Notes under the pieces: generated by a model | The model's database searches: none | What the model saw: only the letters and a program-made list of their open reading frames with translations | What the model was told of the DNA's origin: nothing | Translations under genes and position numbers: made by a program | Assembly (NCBI GenBank): GCA_016748015.1 | Contig: JAAOMT010000484.1 | Location: 133,443-197,442 of the forward strand | DNA length: 64,000 nucleotides | Direction: 5' to 3' | From: Geosiphon pyriformis uo1 | Lineage: Eukaryota > Fungi > Glomeromycota | Part shown: positions 35,127 through 47,695 of the stretch, one piece after another | Layout of the letters: each line of letters begins with the position of its first letter | Numbering within the stretch: the stretch's first letter is position 1

Positions 35127-37990
35127 AGCCAACCAGAAAAAAACCTCTTTTATGCTTTTAACCTAACTAATGATAATCATGATATGAATGAACTAGCAAT
35201 CAACACTTCTGAATCAACAAGAAAGAAGAAAAAAGCCAAGGTTGATTTCGTTATAGATCCAAAGAAAAACTCCACATCAACTGCTGATAACAATGAGCCA
35301 CCAAAGGTTAAAGTTTTTAAAAATTCTCTAAAGTTGGAACCCCCAGAAATTGTACAAAAATCTGGCCCCTATTCTGTTGTTAAAGATCTCATGGAAACCC
35401 CAGCACACATTACATTTGGCCAGTTAATGACCCACCCCCAATTCAGAAAAGACCTTCACAAATCTTTGATTCCCAAAAAAAAGACACCAAAGACCAACAA
35501 ATGCCCATGCCAAGCTGAACTTGCTGACAACAGCAATGTTATCCCCCTCATTTGTAAAGCCCAAGTGGCTGGTTATTTCATTAATCTGATCCTGGACAGT
35601 GGATTATCTATTAGTGTCATTGCCAAACACTTCTTAGAAGCAATTGGCAGAAAAATTGATGAGCTGTTTACAAGACCAATAACCAATATACATGGTGACA
35701 AGAAGAAAGGTCTGGGCATAGCCAAAGCTGTTCCTGTCTGAATCAATGGCATCAGCATTGAAACTGACATGGAAGTATTTGAAGCAAAAGAATACACTAT
35801 AATAGTTGGCAATTAATGGCTCAAGAAAGCAAAAGCCTTGCTTGATTATGAACTCTGTGAACTAACCATCAAATGTGGTAAGAAACCCATTGTGGTTAAG
35901 TGCTGTTATTGGACAATCCCTCCAGTATCCAAGCAGAACCAAGAAGAAGAACAATCAGATAAATCAGATAATGATAAGAGTAATGGAGAAAAAAATCAAG
36001 AAGAACAAGAAAAAACTGCTGAACTTGCCTATACTATCTTCACCAGCAACGGCAAGCCACTGGACAATATTAAAGCTGACAAAGAAGAAATCATGGTAAA
36101 TGGCAAGCTGATCTGCTGGCCCTACTATGATATCCTTAGAAAAACCTTTGATAGAAAACCTGGCAAAAAAGCAAAATATAGTTATTGGTGGCATGGTTCT
36201 TGTATCAGGTGCTGGTGCAATAAACTTTTGTATTCCACTAGTGATGAATGCAAGTCCTGCCTAATCTATTACAAAGATTGGGAGCCAATTAGTTTGATAT
36301 CCAGAGAAAAACTAAAAAAGATACAGAAGTCCTTTGAAAATGAACCACCTGAAATCCAATCATTAATTATAGAACAAAGAAAACCCTCCCCTGAAGAAAG
36401 AAAAGTGGACATTAAAAACCTATTGGCTAAAAATAGCCCAGTTATATCCAAAGAAGGTGATACCCCTGGATGAACTCATATAATACAACACACTATCACT
36501 ACAAAAGAAACTTGCCCCATCTATTTAAAGCCTTATCAATCCAATTGACACAATGATGAGTTCATTAAGAAAGAAATAAACTGGATGAAAGATTTTGGAT
36601 TTATACAAGAAACCAAGAGTAAATGGGCTTTTTCAGTTGTAATAGTATCTAAAAAAAGTAGAACCCTATATTTTTGTGTTGACTACTGCCATCACTATAA
36701 GAGACATGTACCCATTTCCCAAAATTGATGCAATGCTAGATAAATTCAATAGTGCTGCTTTCTTCTCAACCATTGACTTAACTGCTGGATTCTGGCAAGT
36801 AGAGATGGATCCAAAAAGCAGAAAGAAAACTGCTTTCATTATCAAGTATGGTACCTATAAATTCACAGTCATGCCTTTTGGTCTCACCAATACCCCTTCC
36901 ATTTTTCAATGCCTAATGGACAAAGTATTTGAATCAGTAAAAGAAAACTTTGTTCTGGTCTACTTAGACAACATAATGGTCTACTCAAAAACCTGGGATA
37001 AACATCTTGAACATTTGCAGAAGGTTTTTGATCTGCTCAGAAATGCTGGTCTTAAGCTCAACCCAATTAAATCTTTCTTTGGACACCAATTCACCCAGTT
37101 CTTTGGTCATTTTATTACAAAAGATGGAATCTTCTCTGACTCAGCTAAAGTTGAAAAAGTTCAGAACATTAGACAACCAATGAATGTTCCTGAACTATGC
37201 TCTTTTCTTGGTTTGGCCTTTTACTATCACAAATTTATCAAGGATTTCTCCAAAATTGCTTTTTCTCTTAATCAGCTACTCAGAAAAAATGTCAATTATC
37301 ATTGGGGCACTTATCAACAAAAAGCTTTTGAAATTCTGAAGGAAAAACTTGTTACTAAACCAATTTTCAGACAACCTGATCTGAACCAACTTTTCATCCT
37401 TCACACTGATGCATCTGGTTATGGACTTGGTGCTGTTCTTTTACAGAAAGATGAAAATAGCAGAGAACATGCTATAGCATATGTCAGTAAATCCCTTACA
37501 CCAGCAGAAAAGAACTATTCAGTTACTGAACAAAAATGTTTAGTAGTAGTGTTATGGGTTAGAGTAACAAGCTAACAGATAGCAAGGAAGAACAGGATTG
37601 TAGGGTGATGGAAATAATCAAAGAGGAATTCAACTTTAAAGAGCAAATTGAATGAGTATGGATTCAATGTGCAAGATCAGTCTTATAAAATATTTCAGTC
37701 ACTATTCTTTTCAAAGGTAACTGGAGAATCTGAAGGTAGAGGGATAGTTTGTACTGTCAACAATTGATCACCACTGATATAATTTTATGCCTCATGTCAG
37801 TGCTCTTAGAATTCAATATCAGGTATTAACTTGTGCTTTTTAGTCACGTTTATTCAAATAATCTTCAAATGGTACAATTATATACGTCAGGAAAAGGCCA
37901 ACAAGTAATCTTTTATCTTTAAGATGTTCAGATACTTGAAGGTAGGGAAAAGGAAATTAGTGATAAGAGAAGGATTGAGATGAAAGTTGT

Positions 37991-40421
37991 AAAAAAAAAC
38001 TCTTTCTCTCCTAAATTTCATGACCACGAATAGAGTTAAGAGTAAAAAAGTTGCAAACGTTACTTTTCCTATAGTAACTAATAAAGTTTCAACACAAGAG
38101 GGTCTCTCTGTTATTGAAGCAGCTAGACAAAACGTTCTGGCAACATTTCCTTTAAAAAATAATAGTAATAAGCTGCCTTTAGTAGCTTCTGGTTCATTTT
38201 CTTCTCCTTTGGCTGGAAGTTCTTCTCCAGTCAAAGTCCCTTCAAAAAAGCACACTTAAGTTAGTTCTAGTGTTGTCTTTACTACTTCAAAGAGCCCAAA
38301 AATTTTTAATAACAGACCAGTCAACAAGTTGGTCTTTTCTGCTCTCACCACTTCCACTACTACTTCTACTACTACTGCTTCACAAATGGCCGCAAAAGCA
38401 AAAAATCCCAAAAAACAACAGCAGGCAGTCGCAACTGCTATGGTCACACCGAACCCCTTTGTGGTTCCAGATGAGATCTTCAGTAAGATCTCCACAGCAG
38501 CAGCCAGCCCTATTCTTGATATGGATGGCAACAGCAGTGGCACATCTCCCAAGATGGGCCAAGATCAACCACTGGCTGTGTTGCCTGATGTGGTATTCTC
38601 CAGCAGATCATCGTCAATCCCAGTAACAAAACAGTTCATCAATCTAGATGATCTCAAAGATTGGGCTGATCAGTTAGAAATGGAATCAACTGTTCCCCCC
38701 CCAGTTTCTGGTGCATCTGATGCTGGTGCTTGGGTGAATGTGAATGGACGTCAAAAGTTCTCTGGTTGGGTGGCCTCCAATCTTGTACCTGGTGCTATGT
38801 TTAAGATCAAGATGGCTTTGCTCAGTTTTTTGTTTCAGTTGCTGTCTGGTTGTATTGGACTTAAATCAGTTTCACGAGATGCTGTCAAGTTGTTCTGTGT
38901 GGAATTTGCATCTCAGGAGTGTCTAAATAGTGCTACCAAGGTGGTCATTGGTGAGGAGATTTTTTTGACCACTCTTAAGATTGCATGGTCTTCAGGAGTG
39001 GCCTCTGTTTCTTCCCCTTCTTTGTCAGTTGCACTGCATGATATACCCTTGGGTGCCTCTTCTGATGACATCAAATCTGCTCTTGGCATTTTTGGTGTTG
39101 TCACTTCTGTTAAGTTGAAGCCTGCTGGCTTATGGCAATATGCTGTGGTTAATTTTAAGAACACTTCTTCTGCTGCTGCTGCTCTCTCTAACTGGTCTGT
39201 GTTGGTCAGAAAAGATAGTGTTAGGATTCTTCCCATTGCCAACCAAAAAGAGGTTATCTTCTCAAAAGATGCTTTCAAAGCTAAGCTGGTTAATCTTCCA
39301 TTTGGCTGCACTGCATTTGAGATAAGTGATCTGGTGTTCCAAGTTGGTGGCTGTATGTGTTTCATTCCCTGCTTCCCTGATTCCTATTGACGTCAACACT
39401 TTGTAGTGGTGACCTTCGGTTCCTTGGAATCTTTAAATGCTGCTGTTTCAAAAACTGGTACCTTATGTGACTGCTGCATCTGGTGAGAAACTCCTGGATG
39501 TTGTCGCTGCTATAGATGTCAAAGTTTGGATCATTTGGCTGTGGACTGCAAGGTGTTGCCACCTCTTCCTCCCAAACTCTCTTCTAATTCTGCTGGTGGT
39601 TCCATCATTTTCAAGTCATCATCCCTCGTTGGAGCTAAATCTTATGCCAAAGCTGCCACCTCTGTGGTTCCTCCTGTTGCTGCTGCTGCTGATATGGGTC
39701 TGGCTTTTAGTACCTCCCCCAAAGTTGTGGTGCCGCTGTTGCCGGTTGCCTCCTCTGGTTCAGATGTTACTGTTAATGCTATGTTGGCTTCTCTGAAAAC
39801 CCAACTTAGTGAATTGTCTTTGTTGATCAAATCTATAGTTGAGCCTGTGGGTTCTTTGGTTGCATTGGTTACTACGTTATTGTCTACTCCACCAATTATG
39901 GCAGAGGCAATGAAGGAAAGTGTGATTGGATTGGGAAACCAAATTAAGGCTGTTCGTGCTGTGGCTTCTGTGTTGCAAAAGGAAGTGAGGGTCCTCAAGT
40001 TGAGAAGTGGGAAGGTACACCATAACATATCTGATGATGAAGACATGGATGATAATGATGATGGTGATGTTAAAGATTTTTCAGTCTATGATGATACATT
40101 TGATGTGATGATGGAGTTATGGGAGGTTCAATCCTCTAAAATCAAGTCCAATCCAGATCAGACTGCTAAGTGGATGAGCAGTCTTGTTAAGAGTAGTCAT
40201 GAATTTGTATGCATTATGGGTAAGATGTATGAATTAGATATGTTTGATACATTAGGTAGCAAAAGTAGTACTAGCGTGTAGTTAGGGCTTTCCGCTTGTG
40301 GTTAGCCACATCTTGTAATATGTATTATTGGGTGAGCTGGCTTTATGAAACCACCACATTACTGTGGAATAACTAATAAATGACCGGTGTGACTACATGT
40401 TAACAAAAAAAAAAAAAAAAA
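37991..40421 (+). mobile_element. ORF1-only element H6, full length
   Basis: 14-bp TSD GAGATRAAAGTTGT (37977-37990, 40422-40435), 5' A9, single frame 38020-40281 (~753 aa, three in-frame stops), A17 tail. Confidence 0.95.
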
Positions 40422-41189
40422 GAGATAAAAGTTGTTAGATGCTTGTTATTACATGCTTTTCTACAGTTAAGAGATTCATTGCTTATATAGCTATCAAAAG
40501 TGGTCAATAATCACTTTCTAAAAATAGTGTGGCTAATCATATGACATCAGGGGCTAATACATGTGATAATTAATAAGAAGTATAGGTCTCAACCATAACA
40601 TCATTCTCTCCAAAGAGATTGAGCTCTGGCTAACTAATTTATTGAAGTTTTTTGTAGATAGAGTGTATAATACTTGAAGCAAAATGAGTTTTGTATCTAA
40701 GAAACCAAATCTTTGTATTAGAGTTTTGGCTCTTCTAGCAATGGTTAAAACTCTTGGAACATCTAATTGTATAATGCCCAAAATTTCTGTCTGTATCTCT
40801 GAAGTTGTTTTTTTCATGAGCTTTATGTCATCTATGATTTCACCAAGGTGACCATAGAGCTCTAGTTGTCTTCCATATGACAAGTTTAATTGTTTTTCCA
40901 AGTGTGGTGGAAGGTATAAGTATCACTGCTGTTATACTTTCTAGCAGATATTTATCTATTTTGCTACCAATTCTTTCTCTTCTGGTAGTTGTTTTCTTTG
41001 GTCTAATAGCAGTATGTGTTCCACTGTTATCAGTTATGGTGGTCTGTTTTCTAATGGTCAAAGTAGCATTTGGATAGTTTTTAATCCAATACTCATGGAG
41101 AGTATAGAAGGCATTTTGAATGTTTTGATCCAGAAAATAATTGTTCATATTGATTGAAGATACCTCTGTTTTGGGAATGATGCATTTAT

Positions 41190-44100
41190 TTATACTTGAT
41201 TTTTGTTGATCATTTGAGTCAGTATTACCACAACAGACAACCAATCAGGTTGTTTGTGATATTTCTTGAGTTGCGTGCTGTAAACAGGTCAATCATTAAA
41301 GATTGTTCTGGATTGATCTTGAAGAATATAAGAACCATTGTTCAAAACTTTGTTGACTATAAAGGGTCCTTTCCACTGGCTAGAGAATTTATCACCATAG
41401 ACATTGTCTCTGTCTGAACAGTATTCTAATACCAAGTTACCAACACTTAAAGAAAGTGTTTTATAGGTTTTCTTCTTTTTAAGCTTTTCTTGTAACTGTT
41501 TTATCTTTTCAAAAGCAACTATTTGTGCTTCTACCAATGTGTCAAGAATGGTACCAAGTCTCCTTTGCAAAATGTCTTTGTAATTTGCTATTGTGATCTC
41601 TTCAAAGGGTATTGTCTCAATGTCAGTTTCTATTGGTAGTGTTGCCATGCAGATAAAAAGGTTCATAACTTGTTATGTCATGATTCACAGTTCTATAAGC
41701 AAACAAAGCTGAAAACAGTACTTTGTCCCATAAGTTTGTTTCTTCACTTGTTTTGGCTAGAGTTTCACATAGTGTTCTATTAAAACGTTCCACTAGGCCA
41801 TTTGTTTGGGGGTGATAAGAGGAGGAAAGTTTGTGATGTATTCCCATTTTTCTACAAAGTTCTTCAACCAGTGTACTGAAAAAAGCTTTTCCTCTATCAG
41901 ATAAAAGTTCTCTGGGGCAGCCATGATGGCAGATGATATCTTCATAAATGAAATTGGCTATTGAGACTGCTGTTTGGTCTAAAGTGGCTCTTGCTTCTAC
42001 CCACTTTGTAAGATAGTTGGTAGCTGTGATAATGTATCTGTTGCCATCAGAGATTATTGTTAAGGATCTAACAACATCTATACCAATTCTGTCAAATGGT
42101 TGGCCAACAGAGATTGGATGGATATCTTCTTTTCTATTGGGTTTTCCTCTTCTTTGGCAGGTATCACAGGTTTTAATGTACTCAGTAATGTTTTTTCCCA
42201 AGGTAGGCCAATAATAGTGAGCTAGAGTTTTCTGAATTGTTTTTGTTTTTCCAAAGTGTCCAGCTAATGGATCAGTGTGCATGTTATAGATCACAATTTT
42301 TCTTTCTTCAAATCTTATAACTCTCTTGGGGCAGTCAGGATCTTTTCTGTTTCTTTTGTATAGTTGGTTCTGGTGGATCAAATAGAAATTTAATTGTTTG
42401 TGCAAATGTTCTCTTTGCTGTCGATTGTATTCCAATGGATATTGTCCTTTATCTAAAAATTCCATTAAGACAGAGTAGTTGTCCAAGTTCATTATCTTGT
42501 TTGGTTGTAAGAGAATTACTAATAATTAGGTTGGTTTGGTTTGAGGTAGTTGTACTGTCACTGGATGGTAAGTCTAGAGAGAGTGTTAGCATTTTGATGA
42601 TGTGCTCTTTTGCAATGTTGAATGTCATGGTCGAATTCGTCCAAGTGGAGTATTTAGTAAGTTATTCTTTTATGTTCCAGCTTCTTTTTGTGCGTAACCA
42701 AACCAAAGCTTGGTGATCTGTTACCACCAAAAACTTTACCCCCAGAAGATACTTATCCTAGTAACTGGTAGCCCAGACTACTGCTAAGCATTCCTGCTCA
42801 GTAACTGAATAGTTCTGTTCTGCTGGTGTAAGGGTTCTACTGGCATATGCTATTGCATGTTCCTTGCCATTTTCATCTTTTTGTAACAGAACAGCACCAA
42901 GTCCATAACCAGATGCATCAGTATGAAGGATAAAAGGTTGATCCAGATCAGGTTGCTTGAGAATAGGTTCTGTAACCAATTTTTCTTTGAGGGTTTCAAA
43001 TGCTTTCTGCTGATGTGTACTCCAGTGGTAATTGACATTTTTCCTAAGTAGCTGATTGAGTGAAGAGGTGATTTTGGAAAAATCCTTGACAAATTTTCAA
43101 TAATAAAAAGCCAAACCAAAGAAAGAGTGCAGTTCATGAACATTCATTAGTTGTCTAATGTTCTGGACTTTTTCAATCTTGGCTGGGTCAGAAAAGATTC
43201 CATCCTTTGTAATAAGATGGCCAAGAAATTGGGTTGATTGTCGTCCAAAGAAAGATTTGATTGGGTTTATCTTAAGGCCAGCATTTCTAAAGAGGTCAAA
43301 AACCTTTTGCAAATGTTCAAGATGTTCATCCCAGGTTTTTGAGTACACCATTATGTCATCCAAATAAACCAGAACAAAATTTTCTTTCACTGATTCAAAT
43401 ACTTTGTCCATTAAGCATTGAAAGGTGGGAGGAGCATTGGTGAGACCAAATGGCATGACTGTGAATTCATAGGTGCCCATACTTGGTTATGAAGGCAGTT
43501 TTCTTCTGACTTTCTGGATCCATCTCTACTTGCCAAAATCCAGCAGTTAGATTAATGGTTGAGAAGAAAGCAGCACCCTTGAATTGATCTAGCATTGCAT
43601 CAATTTTGGGAAGTGGGTACATGTCTCTTTTAGTGATGGCATTTAATTGGCAGTAGTCAACACAGAAGTGTAGGGTTCCACTTTTCTTGGATACCACTAC
43701 AACTGGGAAAGCCCATTCACTTTTGGTCTTTTGTATGAATCCAAGATCTTTTATTCGTTTTATTTCTTTCTTGATGAACTCATTATTGTGGCAATTGGAT
43801 TGATATGACTTTAAATGAATGGGGCAAGTTTCTCTGGTGGGGATGGTGTGTTGTATCACATGAGTTCATCCAGGGGTATTATCTTCTTTTGAGATAACTG
43901 GGCTGTTTCTAGCCAGCAGATTTTCAATGTCTATTTTTCTTTCTTCTGGAGAGAGTTCTCTTTGTTCTACAACTAGTGATTGGATCTCAGGTGGTTCATT
44001 TTTAAAGGACTTTTGGACTTCTTTCAATTCTTCTCTAGGTATCAAACTGATTGGTTCCCAATCTTTGTAATAGATCAGGCATGATTTGCATTCATCACTT

Positions 44101-45250
44101 GGAGAATACAAGGGTTGGTTGCACCAGCACCAGACACAAGGACCATGCCACCAATAATGGTACTTGGCTTTCTTGCCAGGCTTTTGGTTAAAGGTTCTTC
44201 TAAGGATATCATAGTAGGGCCAGCAGATCAGCTTGCCATTCACAATGATTCTTTCTTTGTCAGCTTTACATTGTCCAGTGGCTTGCCATTGTTGGTGAAG
44301 ATAGTGTATGCAAGTTCAGTGGTTTCTTTTTGTTCCTCTTGTTCTTCTTTTTCATCACTCTCTTCATCATCTGATTCGTCTGATTGTTCTTCTTCTTGAT
44401 CCTGTTTGTTTGCTGGGGGAGTTGTCCAATGGTGGCATTTAACCACTATGGGCTTCTCACCACATCTGATGGTTAATTCACACAGTTCATAGTCGAGTAA
44501 GGCTTTTGCTTTCTTGAGCCACTCATTGCCAACAATGATGGTGTATTCCTTTGCTTCAGAAACCTCCATGTCAGTTTCAATGCTGATGCCATTGATATGG
44601 ACAGGAATAGCTTTGGCAATACCAAGACCTTTCTTTTTATCACCATGTACATTGGTTATAGGTCTGGTGGAAAGTTTGTCAATTTTTCTGCCAATTGCTT
44701 CTAAGAAATGTTTGGTAATGACATTCACGGATGATCCACTGTCTAGGATCAAGTTAATGAAATAACCAGCCACTTGGGCTTTGCAAATTAAAGGAGTAAT
44801 GTTGCTGTTGTCAGCAAGTCCAGCTTGACAAAGGCGTTTGTTGGTTTTTGGTATTTTTTTCTTGGGGATCAGAGATTTGTGAAGATCTTTTCTAAACTGT
44901 GGATGGGTTATCAGCTGGCCAAAGGTAATATGTGCTGGGGTTTCCATGAGATCTTTAACAACAGAATAAGGTCCAGATTTTTGTACTATTTCTGGGGGTT
45001 CTAGCTTTGGAGGATTTTTAAAAACTTTAGCCTTTGGTGGCTCATTATTATTAGCAGTTGATGTGGATGGTTTGTTTGAATCCAAAACGAAATCAACCTT
45101 GGCTTTCTTCTTCTTCCTTGTTGATTCTGTGGTGTTAATTGCTAGTTCATCTATGTCATGGTCATCATCAGTTAAGTTAAAGGCATAAAAGGAGTTTTTT
45201 TCTGGTTGGCTTGCACTCTTACCCTTTGGAAGTGCACCTACCAGTTTAAA
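41190..45250 (-). pseudogene. pol: A4 pol
   Basis: LILDSGSS, YLDD, LHTDASG and an integrase ORF at 41623-42492 with D..D..E core. Confidence 0.92.
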
Positions 45251-47049
45251 GGCTGATAAACAATGGCTTCAACTAGGGGATCCTCTCCAAAGAAATTGAT
45301 ATTGGCATGATTAGGTTTTTGATTGGGAGCATTGTTGTTAATGGTTCTGTTGTTTTGGTTATCATTGTTTCTGAGAGCTGGAGGGGGTAAGGGAAAATTG
45401 TTGCAATCTCTTGAAAAATGTCCACGATTTTGTTGTCTTTGATAAGGTGGTTGCTGAGGTTGATTGAAGCATAGTTCAAATCTGGGTCTTTGGGGTTGCT
45501 GGTTATCTCTGACTGCTTGGACTAATGGTTCTAATAGCTGAGCAAGATTTGCTGTTAGTCTATCTATCAACTGTTCATTTGGGTCTTGAGTTTGGGCAGT
45601 AAAAGAAGTAGCAGCCATTTGAGGAGCAGGAGCCATGACAGGAACAGGAGCAAAAACTGGAAGTGTAGATCCCAAATGCATTCTTTGGTTGTCTTCAATT
45701 TGTTGGGCAAGTTCAATAGCCATGTTTATTGTAGAGTTATTCTTCAGAGCCAAGAGAGGCCAAAGAGCATAAGATAAATCAGTTCTCAGTCCTTTTGTGA
45801 AGGAATGAATTTTTTGCTTTTCTGTCCAGTTTCTTTCAGAGTCTACATGCTTGATCAATTTTCTGATTGCTTTGGCATATTCAGTTACCACTTCTCCTGG
45901 GCCTTGGGTTCTTTTTTCTAATTCCATGCACCACTTGGATATCAAGATTGGAGTTCTGAACTTGTTTTCAAACTGGGTTGTGAAAGAGGTGTTGTTTTCT
46001 CCAGCATTTGCTGGCATCCATCTAATGATTCTTTGATGGGCATTAGCATCAGTTTCCTGTGAGAACCATGTAGCAGGGGAGCCTTGGAGGTAGCCACCAA
46101 CAATTTGAAACTTGTACTCATTATTGTATTGGTTGGCTGTAGCAGCTCTCTCAAAGTCATTCAACCATTCAATTGGATCTTGGGCATCATCTCTGAATAA
46201 TGGTAATGGGATGTTGTTTCTTCACCCTAAAGCAGTTTGTATATCTTGGAAGGCAATCAGAATGTTTTGTTGCAGAGGGTCTTGAGCCATTGGTTCAGGT
46301 GTAACTGTTTGTGTGGAGTGTTCTGATTCACTTGAAAAGAGATCAAAAACAGGAGCAGTTTGATAGCTTTCTTTTTCTGTTTCAAGAGGAGTTTCTGTTG
46401 ATTGATGGGCAGCAATCCAAATGTGGATTTGATGATTCAGATATTCAAAATTAGGGGGCTGTTGTTCAAAGGTTGCAGAATATAAAAGCTGATTGATACT
46501 GTTGTTTCTTCCTTCAAAGTCGTCTTCAAAATAAGCTTGGTCAAAGTAATAGATTGTATAAGCTGTGTNNNNNNNNNNNNNNNNNNNNGGTGTAACTGTT
46601 TGTGTGGAGTGTTCTGATTCACTTGAAAAGAGATCAAAAACAGGAGCAGTTTGATAGCTTTCTTTTTCTGTTTCAAGAGGAGTTTCTGTTGATTGATGGG
46701 CAGCAATCCAAATGTGGATTTGATGATTCAGATATTCAAAATTAGGGGGCTGTTGTTCAAAGGTTGCAGAATATAAAAGCTGATTGATACTGTTGTTTCT
46801 TCCTTCAAAGTCGTCTTCAAAATAAGCTTGGTCAAAGTAATAGATTGTATAAGCTGTGTAGGTTTCAGCTGAATACTCGTTCAAGAACCAGTTTCAAAAG
46901 TCTTGGAATTGTCTGCTGAATTGTTCTTCAATGGGAAAGCAAATCAAGCAGGAGGGCAAAGGATTGAGTTCAATAAAGTCTAGATCGTTTTTGTTGTGTG
47001 CTTTAAAGTGTTCTTCTGATTGTTGTGGCAGGTATGAATAATCACCCAT
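45238..47049 (-). pseudogene. gag: A4 gag (knuckle partly deleted; spans an assembly gap)
   Basis: ORFs 45238-46164 and 46222-46884, ATG at 47049. Confidence 0.88.
46569..46588. other. Assembly gap (20 N) with a 271-bp flanking duplication
   Basis: 46298-46568 is repeated at 46589-46859. Confidence 0.9.
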
Positions 47050-47695
47050 ACAATAGAAAACAAAGTGGATTTTGACAACCTCACAGGGAGCAACACTACA
47101 GGATTGTAGGGTGATGAAAATAATCAAAGGGAATTCAACTTTAAAGAGCGAATTGAATGAGTATGGATTCAATGTGCGAGATTAGTCTCATAAAATATCT
47201 CAGTTGCTATTCTTTTCAAAGGTAACTGGGGAATTTGAAGGTAGAGGGATAGTCCGTACTGTCAACAATTGATCACCACTGGTATAATTCTATGCCTCAT
47301 GTCAGTGCTCTTAGAATTCAATATCAGGTATCAACTTGTGCTTTTCAGTCACATTTATTCAAATAATCTTCAAATGCTACAATTATATACATCAGGAAAA
47401 GGCCAACAAGTAATCTTTTATCTTTAAGATGTTCAGATACTTGAAGGTAGGGAAAGGGAAATTAGTGATAAAAGAAGGATTGAGATGAAAGTTGTTATTT
47501 TATTTATTCTTGATTATTCAGATGCTTGTTATTACATGCTTTTCTACAGCTAAGAGATTCATCGCTTATATAGCTATCAAAAGTGGTCAATGATCAGGTC
47601 AATGATCACTTTTTAAAAATAATGTGGCTAATCATATGACATCAGTGGCTAATACATGTGATAATTAATAAGAAGTATAGGTCTTAACCATAACA

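Larger units (their letters stand above)
30394..37549 (+). mobile_element. Family A copy A3: 5' LTR 30394-31072, PBS, gag 31125-35100 (interrupted by H5), PR-RT-RH to 37549
   Basis: LILDSG, YLDN (decayed YLDD), LHTDASG. Truncated by the A4 LTR. Confidence 0.92.
37550..47695 (-). mobile_element. Family A copy A4: 3' LTR 37550-40600 (contains H6), ORF3, pol, gag, 5' LTR 47097-47695 with its U5 end deleted
   Basis: All domains are present. Flanks GTAG/ACAT do not match. Confidence 0.93.

Noticed and set aside
46298-46859. 271-bp direct duplication in gag
   Set aside because: The copies look identical and abut a 20-N gap, which indicates an unmerged contig overlap.
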